Below are positions 52,228 to 64,000 of a stretch of 64,000 nucleotides of DNA, piece by piece; position 1 is the stretch's first letter; each line of letters opens with the position of its first letter. Both the position numbers and the translations under genes were made by a program. The stretch covers positions 1 to 64,000 of the forward strand of contig NW_026937737.1 in NCBI RefSeq assembly GCF_032062105.1, in the 5' to 3' direction. Source of the DNA: Saccostrea cucullata. Taxonomy: Eukaryota. The notes under the pieces are model-generated. The model searched no databases. It saw only the letters and a list, made by a program, of their open reading frames with translations, and was not told the DNA's origin.

Positions 52228-53200
52228 TTATTATGTTCCCCAAACGAAGTTTGGGAACATATTGTTTTTACTTCTTCTGAATTTTTCTTTGTTCTCCGGT
52301 ACTTTTTTGTCCGCGAGTGTTCTCGAAGACTACTCATCCTATCTAGGTGAAACCTTTTTAGGGTCACTAGGTATGTTATGTAGATGTGCGGAACGAAGGT
52401 CATTTTGCGCGCACGTGCGTGCATGTAAGCACACGTGTAACACGTGAAATGGCCAATATAATAGATATAACCGTAACTTTTTAAATTTTGGATGAAATGC
52501 TTTGAAACTCATAATATAAGGATACATTAGTAGTATAGACATGATGACATGGACAAAATTGCAAGATCTCAGGCGCATGCACGTGCGCTTCGCTCCGATT
52601 GGCTGAAACTAAAAGTCTCAATAGCTTTCTTGTTTTCTGACAAAATCCTTTGAAATTTTGAACATAGTCATACATTATGAAGATATACAGCATAATATAT
52701 AAGAATAATCATGAACGCACATACATGCATGTGTGCTGTAATCTTCTCAATAATACAGGGTGAAATTTCGAATATGAATAGATATAATGAATGTCTACAT
52801 TATACCACTATCAAAAGTAAATGCAAGGACGTGCATGCACAAGCACCCGCACACAATGCATTAAACGACAGTATACTTGAGTTTGTGATGTTCATGCAGA
52901 ATTAAGAACTTCTAAATGTCAAGACATGTAACATACTGAAGCAGGCAGATCTTTTGACCTTTGACCTTGAAACTTAGGTCAAGTTCACTGGTAACCTGAA
53001 TAAAATGTTGATATTAGCTATATACCAAAATCAACTTGACCTATGAACTTGAATTCGACCTTAACCTTTGTCCTTGACCCAAGGGTAAAAGAAAAATGAA
53101 GTACATGTACATGTATCTAGAAACACCTTTCAGAGTTTATTTCGGTTGGCAGGATAAAAGTTAAAGAGGTGATGGTTTTTAATGACCTTGACCTTTCACC
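52228..53200. mobile_element. Probable Helentron-type non-autonomous repeat
   Basis: Subterminal hairpin ATGTTCCCCAAAC-GAA-GTTTGGGAACAT and TGACCTT repeats; ends approximate. Confidence 0.5.
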
Positions 53201-55679
53201 CAAATGTCACAATCAATCTTAAGTTCTTGGAGTAAGATACAAGATTCAACTCCAACGTTAGATAGTTTAAGAATAAAAATACCCCCTCCCCCTCAACAAC
53301 CAAACAAATCAAATAAATGGCAACGTAGAGAATCGCTGTTAAACTCAAATAATACCTCGGACCCACATAAAATTTCACGAAAGTCTATTAAAATTTTTGA
53401 TTTGAGTTTCCAAAGTATATAGAAACTATTAATTTATACGGAAAAAAATTACAAATCCTGTCGTGTTTAAAATTAAAGTGCAGATGAACAAAGTTGGTAT
53501 ATAAGCCTTTTATAGCCTATTTAGTCAGATGTCGTTAATAGCATTCAATTCTACTGATTTGAAATAATATTTTAATACAAAGCATTCTTTGTTTATTTTA
53601 TCTTTGAAATTTATTTGAATTTTTTTCTGAATAACGCAATACCCAGAAATAGCGATTTTCAATATATAAAAAAATCAATATACAGGTACGCTCCTTCCTA
53701 AAATAATCAGATATTTGCATTCATGAAAAAAATATTCATAAGAAGGTGTTAAACAAAATTGGTCACATTAGCTAACACGAAGGTCTTTTTAAACATCTCT
53801 TGTAAACCCCCTAAGCATTGGAAAAAATGAATAGTTCCGGTCAAAAACCTTTATATATTTATTTACAAAGTATATAAAATTTACTAGGCACAGGTACCAG
53901 CGTTGTCAAAATAGCCTGAGAGAAAATATTTAAAAAATTCCGAACAGAAAGGAAAATCCGTTTTCCGTGTATGGAACTACTATTGAATAAGTTCATTTTG
54001 ATTGGTTTGATACCCTTAGTCGACTTTTACCCTGCATTGTCGTCGGAATAAAACCAACTTTGAGCCCGAGGTTAAAATCAGTAGCTCTAGAAATAAAATG
54101 TGAATCGATATATTAAAAAATGACATATGCTTGAAAAATGGTAACTTTATATATGTATTTTTTTTTTGATTCGCGGAATAGAAAGATATGTTAATCGCTT
54201 ATCCAACAAGCCATAATCATCTTGCATATGCAAAACGTTAAACGATATATAGTTGATATCATTGTAACTTTTATATTCTTAAATGAAATCCTTGGATACT
54301 TAGCATATTTATAAAAGGTCTAAGAGGTATAAGGCACGAAGAGGGACATGGGGAGCGTTTGGGGAACATCTGTAACGGTCCCCGTTACAATTAGCACTAG
54401 TTTAATTTATATTTAAATGATTAAATGTTTTTTTGATGAAAGGTGAAAGTAACGATCTCTAATTATGTGCCAAATACTAAAATTCTAAATCTGCATTCCG
54501 TGTGAAAAAAACTCTTATTATGTAAAATTACAGATGGCAAAGATCGACTGTATTTGTGTTTTTTTTGTGTATATTGAGTTTTTCATCTAAATACTATTTT
54601 ATTTTAATAATATATTGCTGTCTTTGGTTGTTAGTGAGGGAATTGATGTCGTAGCTGTACCAGAATTTTTTTTTTTTTTGTGCAAAGCTGCGAAGTTAAT
54701 TCCTGAACTAACAAAAATGTTTTTATTGTTTGTATTTACATATGAATGAAAAACCATTCAAAGTAAAATATTTTTTTAAACAGTGTTTTTAAGATGAACA
54801 TGTAATTGTATGCATACATGTAAGTGAATGGAATATCCATTGTTCAAGAAATCTACGCACGTGATTTGCTTAGTGTCATTAATGCACTGATTACTGGCAA
54901 TGGTCGTCATAAGAAAAACAGAAAATATTAAATGGTTGAAAATAGATAAATCGATATATTTTAAAACTCTGTTCATTCCAGACACAAAACTATAAACAAC
55001 ATATCAAATTAACTCGATTTATTAGTAATAAAACAGCATTAACATTTCGTGGCACACATATGTCGCAATCTATTTATACATTATATATGAAAGTAAACCG
55101 GCGGAATCCAGGGAATCGCTACCTGCCTACTGGGATGCCCTCCCTACTAACCTGGCGCGATAGCGCCCCCACGGGAAAAAATAACTGTGGTGGGAACAGA
55201 CCTCTTGGAACCGAAGAGTGACCGTCACATACGAAAAGGGATTTCAAGTTCTGACCCAGGTCCTCACTCTTTACTGTCTCCCCTGGTACAAAACAGCATG
55301 GGGATAACACCCCCAGGGTTAGCTGGGTACCTTAGACCCTCAAAACCTGTCCCTAGTCCCACAAGGGTCAAGCCGGTCCCTCAGGTGCCGCTGAGGTAAC
55401 CCCCAAATCTTCCCCAGTATTGAGGATAGATAACACAGAGTTTTGAGCCAGACATGGTAGAAATCCTCATTCGTGGTAATCCCCGAACTCCGCCAAATGA
55501 ACTTGTCTATACAACTTCACTTGCCATGAACACGTTGTGTACCCTATACGCCTACGCCTTTAATGCTTTCACCCACCGATCCTTCCATGTAACATATCAA
55601 AATCATAAATGCAAATATTAACATACCTTTATACGCATACACGTGAAGGCTAATTGTTTGAAAATCATGTTATCGAGCT

Positions 55680-56280
55680 GTGGGAATACCTTTACATCCC
55701 TCTGATTGTCTAAGAAGGCTTCGAGACCACCCTGCAAACTATTGAGAAACACAACACAGAATTTCCTAAATCATTAAAATGTGTGCCATCATATCTAAAC
55801 AGCTCTTTTTGGACAAAAGTAATTGTTGGATGTCTGATGACATACCCCCTTCTGCTTTAAGGAATTGCTTTACTCTGCGGTTTACATCTTTTCGTATAAC
55901 ATCAACTTTGGATGCAGATTTAGCATTGTGCCAGTATAAACTTGGTAACATATCAGACTAAATAACAAACATGTTTGGAGCCAGTTACTTGCAACTAAGG
56001 AAGGAACATTTGATATTTTCATAAAGTAGTCTTCCTGGCACAATGCCTAGGTCATTAGAACCCAAGTGAACCACCAAATAATTTGGTGGAGGATTAGATT
56101 TCAGTTTATTTTCAAAAAAGGAGACAAATTCTTCCCATCTCATTCCCCTGACACCAAATCACATTATGGAGATGTTCTTATCTTGCAGAGTGAGGTTTCT
56201 TCCCCCAGGTCTGTCGTTGATACTTCTGGATGCCCAGGATACTATGGAGGATCCCACTACCCACACTACTCTCTTACCAC
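55680..56280 (-). pseudogene. SGNH/GDSL hydrolase ORF of Ngaro element 2
   Basis: VVWVVGSSIV (block I), FGVRGMRW (II), LVVHLGSNDL (III), FRYDGTHFN (V, DGTH at 55779-55790); stops and frameshifts present. Confidence 0.85.
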
Positions 56281-56314
56281 CTACAAAACTTGAAATTTGT
56301 AAGGAAAACAAAAT

Positions 56315-56962
56315 TAAGTGAATCTTATGTATGAAGAGTACAATGTATGCACCTGACTTCTATCTGATGTCAATGTCGCTTTGTTGCAAAGGTCGTGAGT
56401 CCTGCCCTCTTAGTGATTTACAAGTCAATTCGCCTACTCTTAAGAAGCCAAAAAATGCCAGGCAAAAAGCAGCCTTAAAAAGGTGAACTTCATAACTAGA
56501 GGAACAGACCTTTTCTAAAGCCTGTAGAAGTGCTACCAGTATCTCTAAAGTAATAGGGGCTCGTGTATCTTGTTTTGGCATCAGCCTTGCAGCCCCTTCC
56601 AACAACTTTGAAACAATAAAAGATTTTGTGACGTCTGTAAAACCATGAATCTTGTACATGTATGACAAGCCCAAAATGTATGTCTTAATAAATCCAGGTG
56701 ATTTCCCCTCAGTTGACATATAAGTTATATAATGAACTACATGATCTACCGGAGCTGGCCAAGTAGACAGAAAACCAAACAAATACCTGAAATGCTTGAA
56801 ACTTTGGAAAGCAGCCTTATATGTGTGCCATGTATTCTCAGCCATAGAGGCCTTCATCAGTTTATTGGTTTCCAAAGTCAGATCTCCCAGATTTCTAGGG
56901 GCAACTGGATAGGTGCTGGGTCTTCTTGTGGAGCCAAATCCCGAAAACGACGCTACTGGCAA
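56315..56962 (-). pseudogene. Tyrosine recombinase with internal deletion
   Basis: SAM-like N terminus and AFFGFLRVGE, then a direct jump to KSGAY..SSYIRF. Confidence 0.9.
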
Positions 56963-57537
56963 CGAGAAATAAAATCTGCAATTGCGTTTGATTTGGTATC
57001 TATGTACTCTGCCTTAAATCTTTTGTTAAAATAAAGGGTATTAAGCACAAGTTTCCTAACCAGTTTCATAACGTCTTCAGATTTAAAAGTTTGTTTGTTG
57101 ACTGTGTGTTCAACTGCTTGATTGTCAATATGGAATAATATCTTTTTATTAGCCAACTGATAACCCCACACTAATATAGCTACTGCCACAGGGAACAACT
57201 CAAGAAATGTCATGTCACGCAGCCTTCCTGTTTCCGACCAATGCTGAGGCCATCTACCAAAAGCCCACCTATTATGAAAAAATATTCCAAATCCCCCCGA
57301 CCTACCCCTTACACTATCTGTATATAACTGGAGAGTATCATTGTAGACCCATAGTCTCTCAGGAAAGAGGGTCACTCCATTATAATGGTTAAGGAAATCG
57401 AGCCACATAACTAAGTCTAATTTCATAGAAGATGTTACTCTTATTACGTGTTTTGCCTTCCTTACACCTATCGTGGCATCTATGAGTCTCCTAATGAAAG
57501 CTCTACATGCTGCAACTACCTGACAAGCAAAATTCAA
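56953..57537 (-). pseudogene. DIRS-type RNase H
   Basis: LYTDS; TFLELFPV; FHIDNQAV; NAIADFISR. Confidence 0.9.
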
Positions 57538-57613
57538 TAACCCTATTATAGACTGTAGATCTCGTAAAGTAACCTTTTTGGCCTTTCAGGTGTTTTGAAT
57601 TTTAGTACGTAGC

Positions 57614-58363
57614 TCAGTCAATTTGACTTGTGGTAAGCGCATAATCATAGACACAGTATCTAATTCCACTCCTAGAAATGTCAAGCAATGTTGTGGGCTC
57701 TACTGTTTTGTCGTTAGCTATTGGGACCCCCAGAACAGCACAGACCTGATGAAAGGTATCAAGAGTATGTTTACAAATAGAGTCACCTGCTTTTCCTGCA
57801 AATAAAAAATCATCAAGATAATGTATTTGGTTTTGATTATTTGATTTTTTTACTATAATGAGCCAATGCAAGAATGTACTAAATCGATTAAATAAGGCAC
57901 AAGAAAGCTTGGAACTAAATGGCAAACATTTGTCATAATAATATTTTCCATTGCATTTGATGCCTAAAAGGTCAAAGTCCCCTGGATAAATGGGCAATAT
58001 GCGGAATGCACTCTTAAGGTCAGTTTTGGCCAATAAGGTACCCCGTCCCAATTCCTGTATCATTGATACTGCTTCGTCTATATTGCTATACTTCACAGTG
58101 CAAATGTCCGGGTCAATAAAATAATCAACTGAATCGAAGTCTGGGTTGGACAAGTGATGAATTAAACGAAAATCCCCATCTTTTTGGGGCACAAGGCCTA
58201 CTGGTGATACACGAAGTGTGAGTAAAGGAACAACGTGAAAAGGACCAGCCATCCTACCCAAGGTGACTTCTTTAGCGAGTTTTTGCTCTACAACTTGAGG
58301 GGCAACTCTGGCCGATTTAAGATTTCTTGCTTCCCTGTAAGTTCTAGGGCCGGCGTAGTGCAA
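57614..58363 (-). pseudogene. DIRS/Ngaro-type reverse transcriptase (frameshifted from RNase H)
   Basis: RVSPVGLVPQKDGDFRLIHHLS; KTDLKSAFR; HYLDDFLF. Confidence 0.93.
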
Positions 58364-58489
58364 CAGAAAACGAATTTAAAACCATCTAACAGTTGCTGTT
58401 CCTTTTAATTGAAAGGATATGACTTTTATTCGTTGTACAGTTTTGTGTTTAATGGGTGTGGCAGCAAGGTCATATAGTGTTGTATCGGC

Positions 58490-59590
58490 ATTATTTCTGC
58501 CTGAAGGAGCAGTTGATTCCGGGGTGAGGTCCCCCACCGTTTGTGCATCTATGTCTAAATCTGCAGGGATTAAATGAGCATGAGCCCCTATTAAAGGCAT
58601 AGCAGTTGTCAACAGACCTTGGTGACTGTGATTTATTAATTTTATAGCCCTGGTTGAATCCGGACCCCCCACATTGGGTTGTTGTTCAGGGATATTGTTT
58701 GAGTCCGGGTGCGAAAGGAACTATCCCATGCGTTTCCTGAAAGTATGCCCATATGAGATGTTTGTGAAGCAGATTGTTCTGGCTGCCCCGGTGTTATCAA
58801 CATTACCCCAATTCAAAATCCACTTCCTCACATGATGAAATATAGGGTACCTCTCTTTTTTTTTAAGCGAAATTGCTCATCATACTTTGACCAATCCAAA
58901 TGACCCTGTCTACTAGCGGCCAATCGAATACTATGCATATACTTAATCATTTCTTGGGCTTTCCCTGGAAACCTCTCAAGGTATATTGACATGCATATAA
59001 TAAACGCGGTAGTTCAAGTGTGTATATTATTTATTGACTTCAAGCGTTGTTTTTCGACAACTAATTAGCCATTTTAGATCACCAACTCCCCAGTAATGTG
59101 AGGGTCTGTCCTAAGGTCATGAGCCTGTTTTAACAATAATGCCAGATCTATGTAAGAAGCTGCCCATATTTATTCTCGAATGGCTACAGGCACATGGCTG
59201 CCTATAAGATCACAAATGCTAATTTCAGTCGATGGGCGACTACTTGTAACCTGCACCTGTTCCCCAGTCGAAAAACTCCCTTTACATTGAGCTACAAAAT
59301 TAAACGAGCCAGACTGATTCGTGTCCAAGCTTCTTGCTTCGTGCAAATTTTTATTAAAATCAATGTTTATACCTGGCCCTGCAACCTTGTCCGGCTGTGG
59401 TGGACCCTGTTCCCTCTGGTTACTAACGCTTTCATCTAATGAGGGCACTGCCGGTGCTGCCTCGCTCTCTGGTTTGTCTGAATTCAGAGGCCCATCAACC
59501 AACCGTCTGCTCAGTTTTCTTTTTCTTTTCGAACCATCGGAGGTTCCTTGTCCCTCCTTGCACCCCCTCTTCCTTGTTTTTTGGAGGCAT
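58490..59590 (-). pseudogene. Ngaro gag-like ORF1 relic
   Basis: MPPK start at 59590; KIWAASYIDLALLL; KYMHSIR..WSKYDEQFR; Cys/His finger CYAFNRGSCSFNPCRFRHRC. Confidence 0.8.
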
Positions 59591-60189
59591 TGTAGCAACC
59601 TCTGGAGTTTCGATGACAGTGGATATTCAGGATATTGGACTAAAAATCTTTAAAATATTTTTTTAAAAGTCTGTCTACTTCCACGCTCTTTATCCAGAAT
59701 GATCTAAATCAGTATCGCTGAGGGCTTGATTTAATTTACTCAATTTATATGATATTCATGGCCTTACGAAAGCTTGAAATTCGGGAATAAGGCTACAATA
59801 GTTATCGCCCTTTCACTGGAATTAAAGGCATTTATCACAATATGGTAAGAGTAAGAGTAGTTTATTGTGAAAAAAGCCCGAAATAGTATGCAGAAGCAAG
59901 GTCTTCTTATTATCTGTTGGACACATCAAATTATGTCCCTTATTAATTTGTAGACTCTTGTATATTTTATTCCAAAGAACAAAAATTTCTTTTTTTTAAT
60001 TAGTATAATTGACAAAAAGTGAGAATTCCAAACTTAGAAAACAAAAATTACATTTTTTAGATAATGTATTAAATTTATATTTGAACATTTTTAATCATGC
60101 AAAAATGAATAATATATAGAAAATCATATATCTTAATTTTCAATTATTGCAAGTGTCCTTAATCCTTTTGTGTTTGTTTTAAATAATAG

Positions 60190-60272
60190 AAAGAAGACAA
60201 GAGAAAGAGGATGCTAAAGATTGTACAGAGGATATTATGCTTCAGGAGTTTGACTCACTCTCTTTAAAATAG
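60190..60272 (+). pseudogene. Orphan duplicate of receptor exon 6
   Basis: RRQEKEDAKDCTEDIMLQEFDSLSLK*; matching upstream exons not found between 51.6 and 60 kb. Confidence 0.75.
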
Positions 60273-61163
60273 AAAGGTTTCTCAACTGGATAAATTTTTC
60301 CTCTAATTTATTAATTTATTCATTTCATTCGTTATTGCATTTAACATATGTTTTAATAAGATGCATTCTTATTTTTTAAACTTTCTGTACAATTATCCTA
60401 TTTCATTTATTTTACTTTTAAACTTTTTTATTAAATTTGATTATTTATTTTAATTTATAGATGCTTATTGGTACTCAAGTTACTGATTTAAGCTATGAAC
60501 ATTAAAATAAATATCATTTGTGCAGAGCGGTATGGAGAAATTGGAACAATAACATTAATATTTTTATTCAAATAGACATGTTAATGGTCTACCTTATTTG
60601 GATTGCAGTTATCCGATACAAGTTATATGTAAATATATAATGTCACCCAACACGATACACTTAATGTTTAACTGTTTTATTTTAAGCTTGAAACTTTAGT
60701 TAAAATAGCTTTAAGTTATCTTGAAATGCTTATTGCTTTTCACATCGGTATTTTTGTCATCACGTGACCCTCTAAAGTCACGAGGATTTCGATTTTAGGA
60801 CAAAAACTGAAATGTCAAATATAACCAAAAATTCAATGAGCAAGGCAAGCAAAAAGTTACTGTATAATGTCTTAGGCTGTCCCTATGCATCTAGCTATAC
60901 TAGTATACTTTCTCAATAGTGATGTTCATTCAGTTACTCTTCTGGTATATTTTTAAGTTATTTAGCCAAAACAGACAGAGGCAGATTAAAAATATTACGA
61001 TGTTGCCCTAATTTCATCGGAAATCATAAAGTATCTAAAGGATAACAAAGAAATGAGCATCACTTCCGAAAACTATACATAAGATTAGATAAAATAACTT
61101 TCTTTTTTGTGTATTTGGTCTTTATACATTAAATAAATTATGTATGTTTGATGTATAAAAATA

Positions 61164-62004
61164 ATGTGCATGTTATTTTCGACAATTCCTTTTTATATAG
61201 CATAATTTGTCAATGGTAAAATACTCTTCAATCGAATTGAAAACATGGGCACTTCAGCAAATTGTGTAAAAAATCGGAAACAAATTATTGTCTTCATCCT
61301 GTTTAAATCATTTATCCATGATTATGTACCATACAGATTTTGCTTAAAATTTACAATCACAAAAATGTAATTCATTCAGCAAATTGTGTCAAAAATCGGA
61401 AACAAATTATTTTCTACATCCTGTCTAAATCATTATTAATGGTTTCATACCATAAACATTTTGCTTAAAATTTAAAAACACGGAAATGCAATTCATTCTG
61501 AAATAATATTCAGATTTGTTTCAACATGTGGCTTTTCTTTGCGTAATTTATTTTTTGCTCTACCTCACTAGGTTTCCAGGTGGATGAAGCCTGCAAAGGG
61601 TATGGGTAATGTTCATTGAATGTTTATTTGTTACCTCGTATTCATATTATTTTTTTCTATAAATATCAAATCAGAAATAAACGCAAACAAAACAAATACC
61701 TACACAGATCAGAGGACAAATGAATAACGTTTATTTACCGGTAGTTCAAACAATATACCTTGTCTAAACAAAGTATTGTTGAAATGGTATAACCAATTAT
61801 CTAATTACGGACTTTATTTAGAGGCAATGCTATGGAACTTTCATGATACTCCTGCAAAACAGCATGAATATATCAGTATTTTTCTAACATCTGTCCTTTT
61901 GCCTAAATAATCATTTGTTAAATATCTCCTTCCATACAGGAGAAAAATGGGATATAGATGCTGCAATGATTACATGTACAACGAAACTACGAAAGAATGT
62001 CAAA
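61164..62004 (+). pseudogene. 5' exons of a small secreted or membrane Cys-rich (EMI/EGF-like) gene: 61164-61215, 61572-61599, 61940-62004
   Basis: Spliced frame MCMLFSTIPFYIA*FVNGFQVDEACKGRKMGYRCCNDYMYNETTKECQ with consistent phases; TAA at 61203; GC-type donor at 62005. Confidence 0.6.
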
Positions 62005-62206
62005 GCAAGTATTATGTTAAAGAGTTTGAATTATGACAGTCACTATAAGATATCACACCCACAGGTATATTCAAAATGTTTGCTACATTTACTTGATTTG
62101 CATCAAATGAACTCAAATTCTGTAATCCTGTATTTATTACACCTGTAATTATTACTCTCAAGACAATATCTTCTTTGTCCCAGTTAGTATTATTATGTTG
62201 TCAGTT

Positions 62207-62505
62207 GTCCACGTGGCACAGTGGTTATAGCTTCGGTTCTAAAATCGCAAGGTAAGGAGTTGATTCTTACGTCGTGGGTTAGCTAGAATCTCACTGTGCA
62301 CCGTAGAGTCCGGTCCTTCGGATGTGACTGTATAAACCGAGGTCCCGTGTCGAGGTAGATGCTGGCAACAAAAAGTTACCTCCATTCTCAATGACCCTAA
62401 GTGCTGAGCATAGAACAAATCTTGCCGCTCTCCATCGGCAAGTGGTGGCTTCTCCATATGAGTGAAAATGCTCGAGAGAGACGTTGAATAATATAAAATC
62501 AATAA
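62207..62505 (+). mobile_element. tRNA-derived SINE (Deu-like core)
   Basis: A-box-like TGGCACAGTGGTT; CCTTCGGATGTGAC..AAACCGAGGTCCCG; shared tail TCTCCATATGAGTGAAAA. Confidence 0.8.
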
Positions 62506-62825
62506 ATATGTCACAACTTTAGGCCAACAAGTCTGGTTTTATTGGTTCATTGATGAATGGCAATCATGACCAGCATCTACGATTAAAATGTCCCTTGTTT
62601 GGCAAATATATTGGCACTGTACTAGCCAATCATTGCATTATAATTACATGGTCGTTGTCCAATATCATCACACTTTAATTGAAAATTATACCGTACGTTT
62701 TCCTAAGGAGGTGTGAGGTCGTTCAATTCTTGTTTACCTTTAGAGTTCAATATTCAAGTTGCCAAAGCTACTATATATATATACACACTGTTTATTCCAA
62801 AACAAGTTTTTCTTTGGTTGTAAAG

Positions 62826-63872
62826 GTCATTACGCAGTACAGGTAAGGTTACAAATGGAAGTATCGGCGATTTTTTAAGATAAAAAATACATACTTTATT
62901 AGGGTGAGCGAATCTTTTTAGGATTTCACTGATATCAAAAAAATGTAATGTGGTTTAAATCTACATGTTGGGGACATTTAGATTTTTTATTTAGACTTGT
63001 CATGTGATGTCGACGTCACATGACTTTGGCAATTATACTTGCAGTTTAGAGGTCATCTATAAATTCCAATATTACAAGGGCATAACCAATCTAAAAATCT
63101 TAGTTTATTTTATAATCCTTTTCAACACTATATGTAGTTTGTGAAAAATGCTGCGAACCTATATAGATTCCCCTTTTTAATTGGTAAAATTTAATTTGAT
63201 GGACGCAGGTTGAATATTTTGCTGGACAACTACATTGAATATAGCTATAATTAATTTATTTGCAAGATTTCAAAAGGTTCGCAGCACTTTTCAAATATCT
63301 TAATGCTTCTTGAGTTTATGTGTAAAATTTTGACAAGATACATTGAGGGTATGCCCTTGCAATAAATCGATTTATTAGGGCCCTTCCATTACTTTTTCCA
63401 TGAATCTGCATACAAACACACGACAGTATCGATTGTCTGATAAATGCACGTACAGTTTATGAATAAAATACTAAGATAAACATCGAATCCAATTTAATGG
63501 CTTTTTATTTTACCGCAAATAATATTTTATTTGGGAACAAAACACATTTTTCATTGTACAAAATGTGACTTGATCAACCTCTGACTGTGTAAAAACTGCG
63601 TCATTTTTGCGAGATGACGTCACATTGACAAGTGCATTGCGATCGATGCATCGTTTATATACTGTTGTGTGGGATTTAATAAACGACAAAATTGCATGTA
63701 ATAGTAAGTTTGTATGTGGTATACAGCTATCCATCTGTTTGAAATAGCAAATAATTTCATTTTGTGGTATTTTGAAGACCTTATATTATGCGTGACGTCA
63801 TAGTAAACATTTCCCGTACAAATTAGGCCCCGCCTCCTTACTGTAACCTTAACTGTGCTGCGTATTACGCAT
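62826..63872. mobile_element. Non-autonomous DNA transposon with imperfect TIRs
   Basis: TACGCAGTACAGGTAAGGTTACA / TGTAACCTTAACTGTGCTGCGTA. Confidence 0.65.
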
Positions 63873-64000
63873 TTCGTGTCTAATTTTTAGCGAAAGGAAT
63901 ATACTTTGATATAAATTTATTTGTTAACTTAACTTCATCGTCGATTTCTTGTGAAGAAAATGAAAAAAAATAAAGAAAATAAAGAGGCATACATTTCAAA

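Larger units (their letters stand above)
55080..59880 (-). mobile_element. Ngaro-type tyrosine-recombinase retrotransposon (gag-RT-RH-YR-SGNH), defective; ends approximate
   Basis: All five domains readable in order; no methyltransferase domain seen. Confidence 0.92.

Noticed and set aside
54776-54985. Minus-strand ORF with a hydrophobic leader and two Cys
   Set aside because: No partner exons or homology evident; compatible with chance in AT-rich DNA
55080-59880. Ngaro split direct repeats (A1/B1-A2-B2)
   Set aside because: Could not be identified by eye, so element ends remain approximate and the Ngaro call rests on domain content
61915-62148. 77-aa ORF from the track
   Set aside because: A different frame with splice sites (GYRCCNDY) explains the conservation better
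62207-62280. tRNA gene
   Set aside because: Degenerate SINE head without a cloverleaf

Overview
AT-rich eukaryotic genomic DNA, most likely a bivalve mollusc (oyster-like, inferred from the repeat families). No prokaryotic, CRISPR, rRNA or tRNA features were found. Host genes: (1) an apparently intact 6-exon gene (+, 18536-24679) missed by the ORF track, encoding a 232-aa type I membrane protein with a Cys-rich ectodomain, plus a pseudogenised paralogue (6.8-7.6 kb) and an orphan copy of its last coding exon (60.2 kb); (2) three decayed copies of a second small Cys-rich gene (28-30 kb, 37.3 kb, 61-62 kb). Together these form a tandemly duplicated cassette. Mobile DNA dominates the rest: a recent full-length Ty3/Gypsy element (-, 37475-51616; TAGG TSD, PNMA-like gag, -1 frameshift signal) carrying two nested EnSpm/CMC-like elements; two divergent Ngaro-type tyrosine-recombinase retrotransposons, each with an extra SGNH hydrolase frame; Penelope, mariner and gypsy relics; four SINEs; and many MITEs. 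The most striking cross-cutting signal is a roughly 10-fold or greater excess of TACATGTA, which aligned duplicates show to be +6 bp insertions at TA, i.e. probable Tc1/mariner excision footprints. All calls were made by eye, without database searches.
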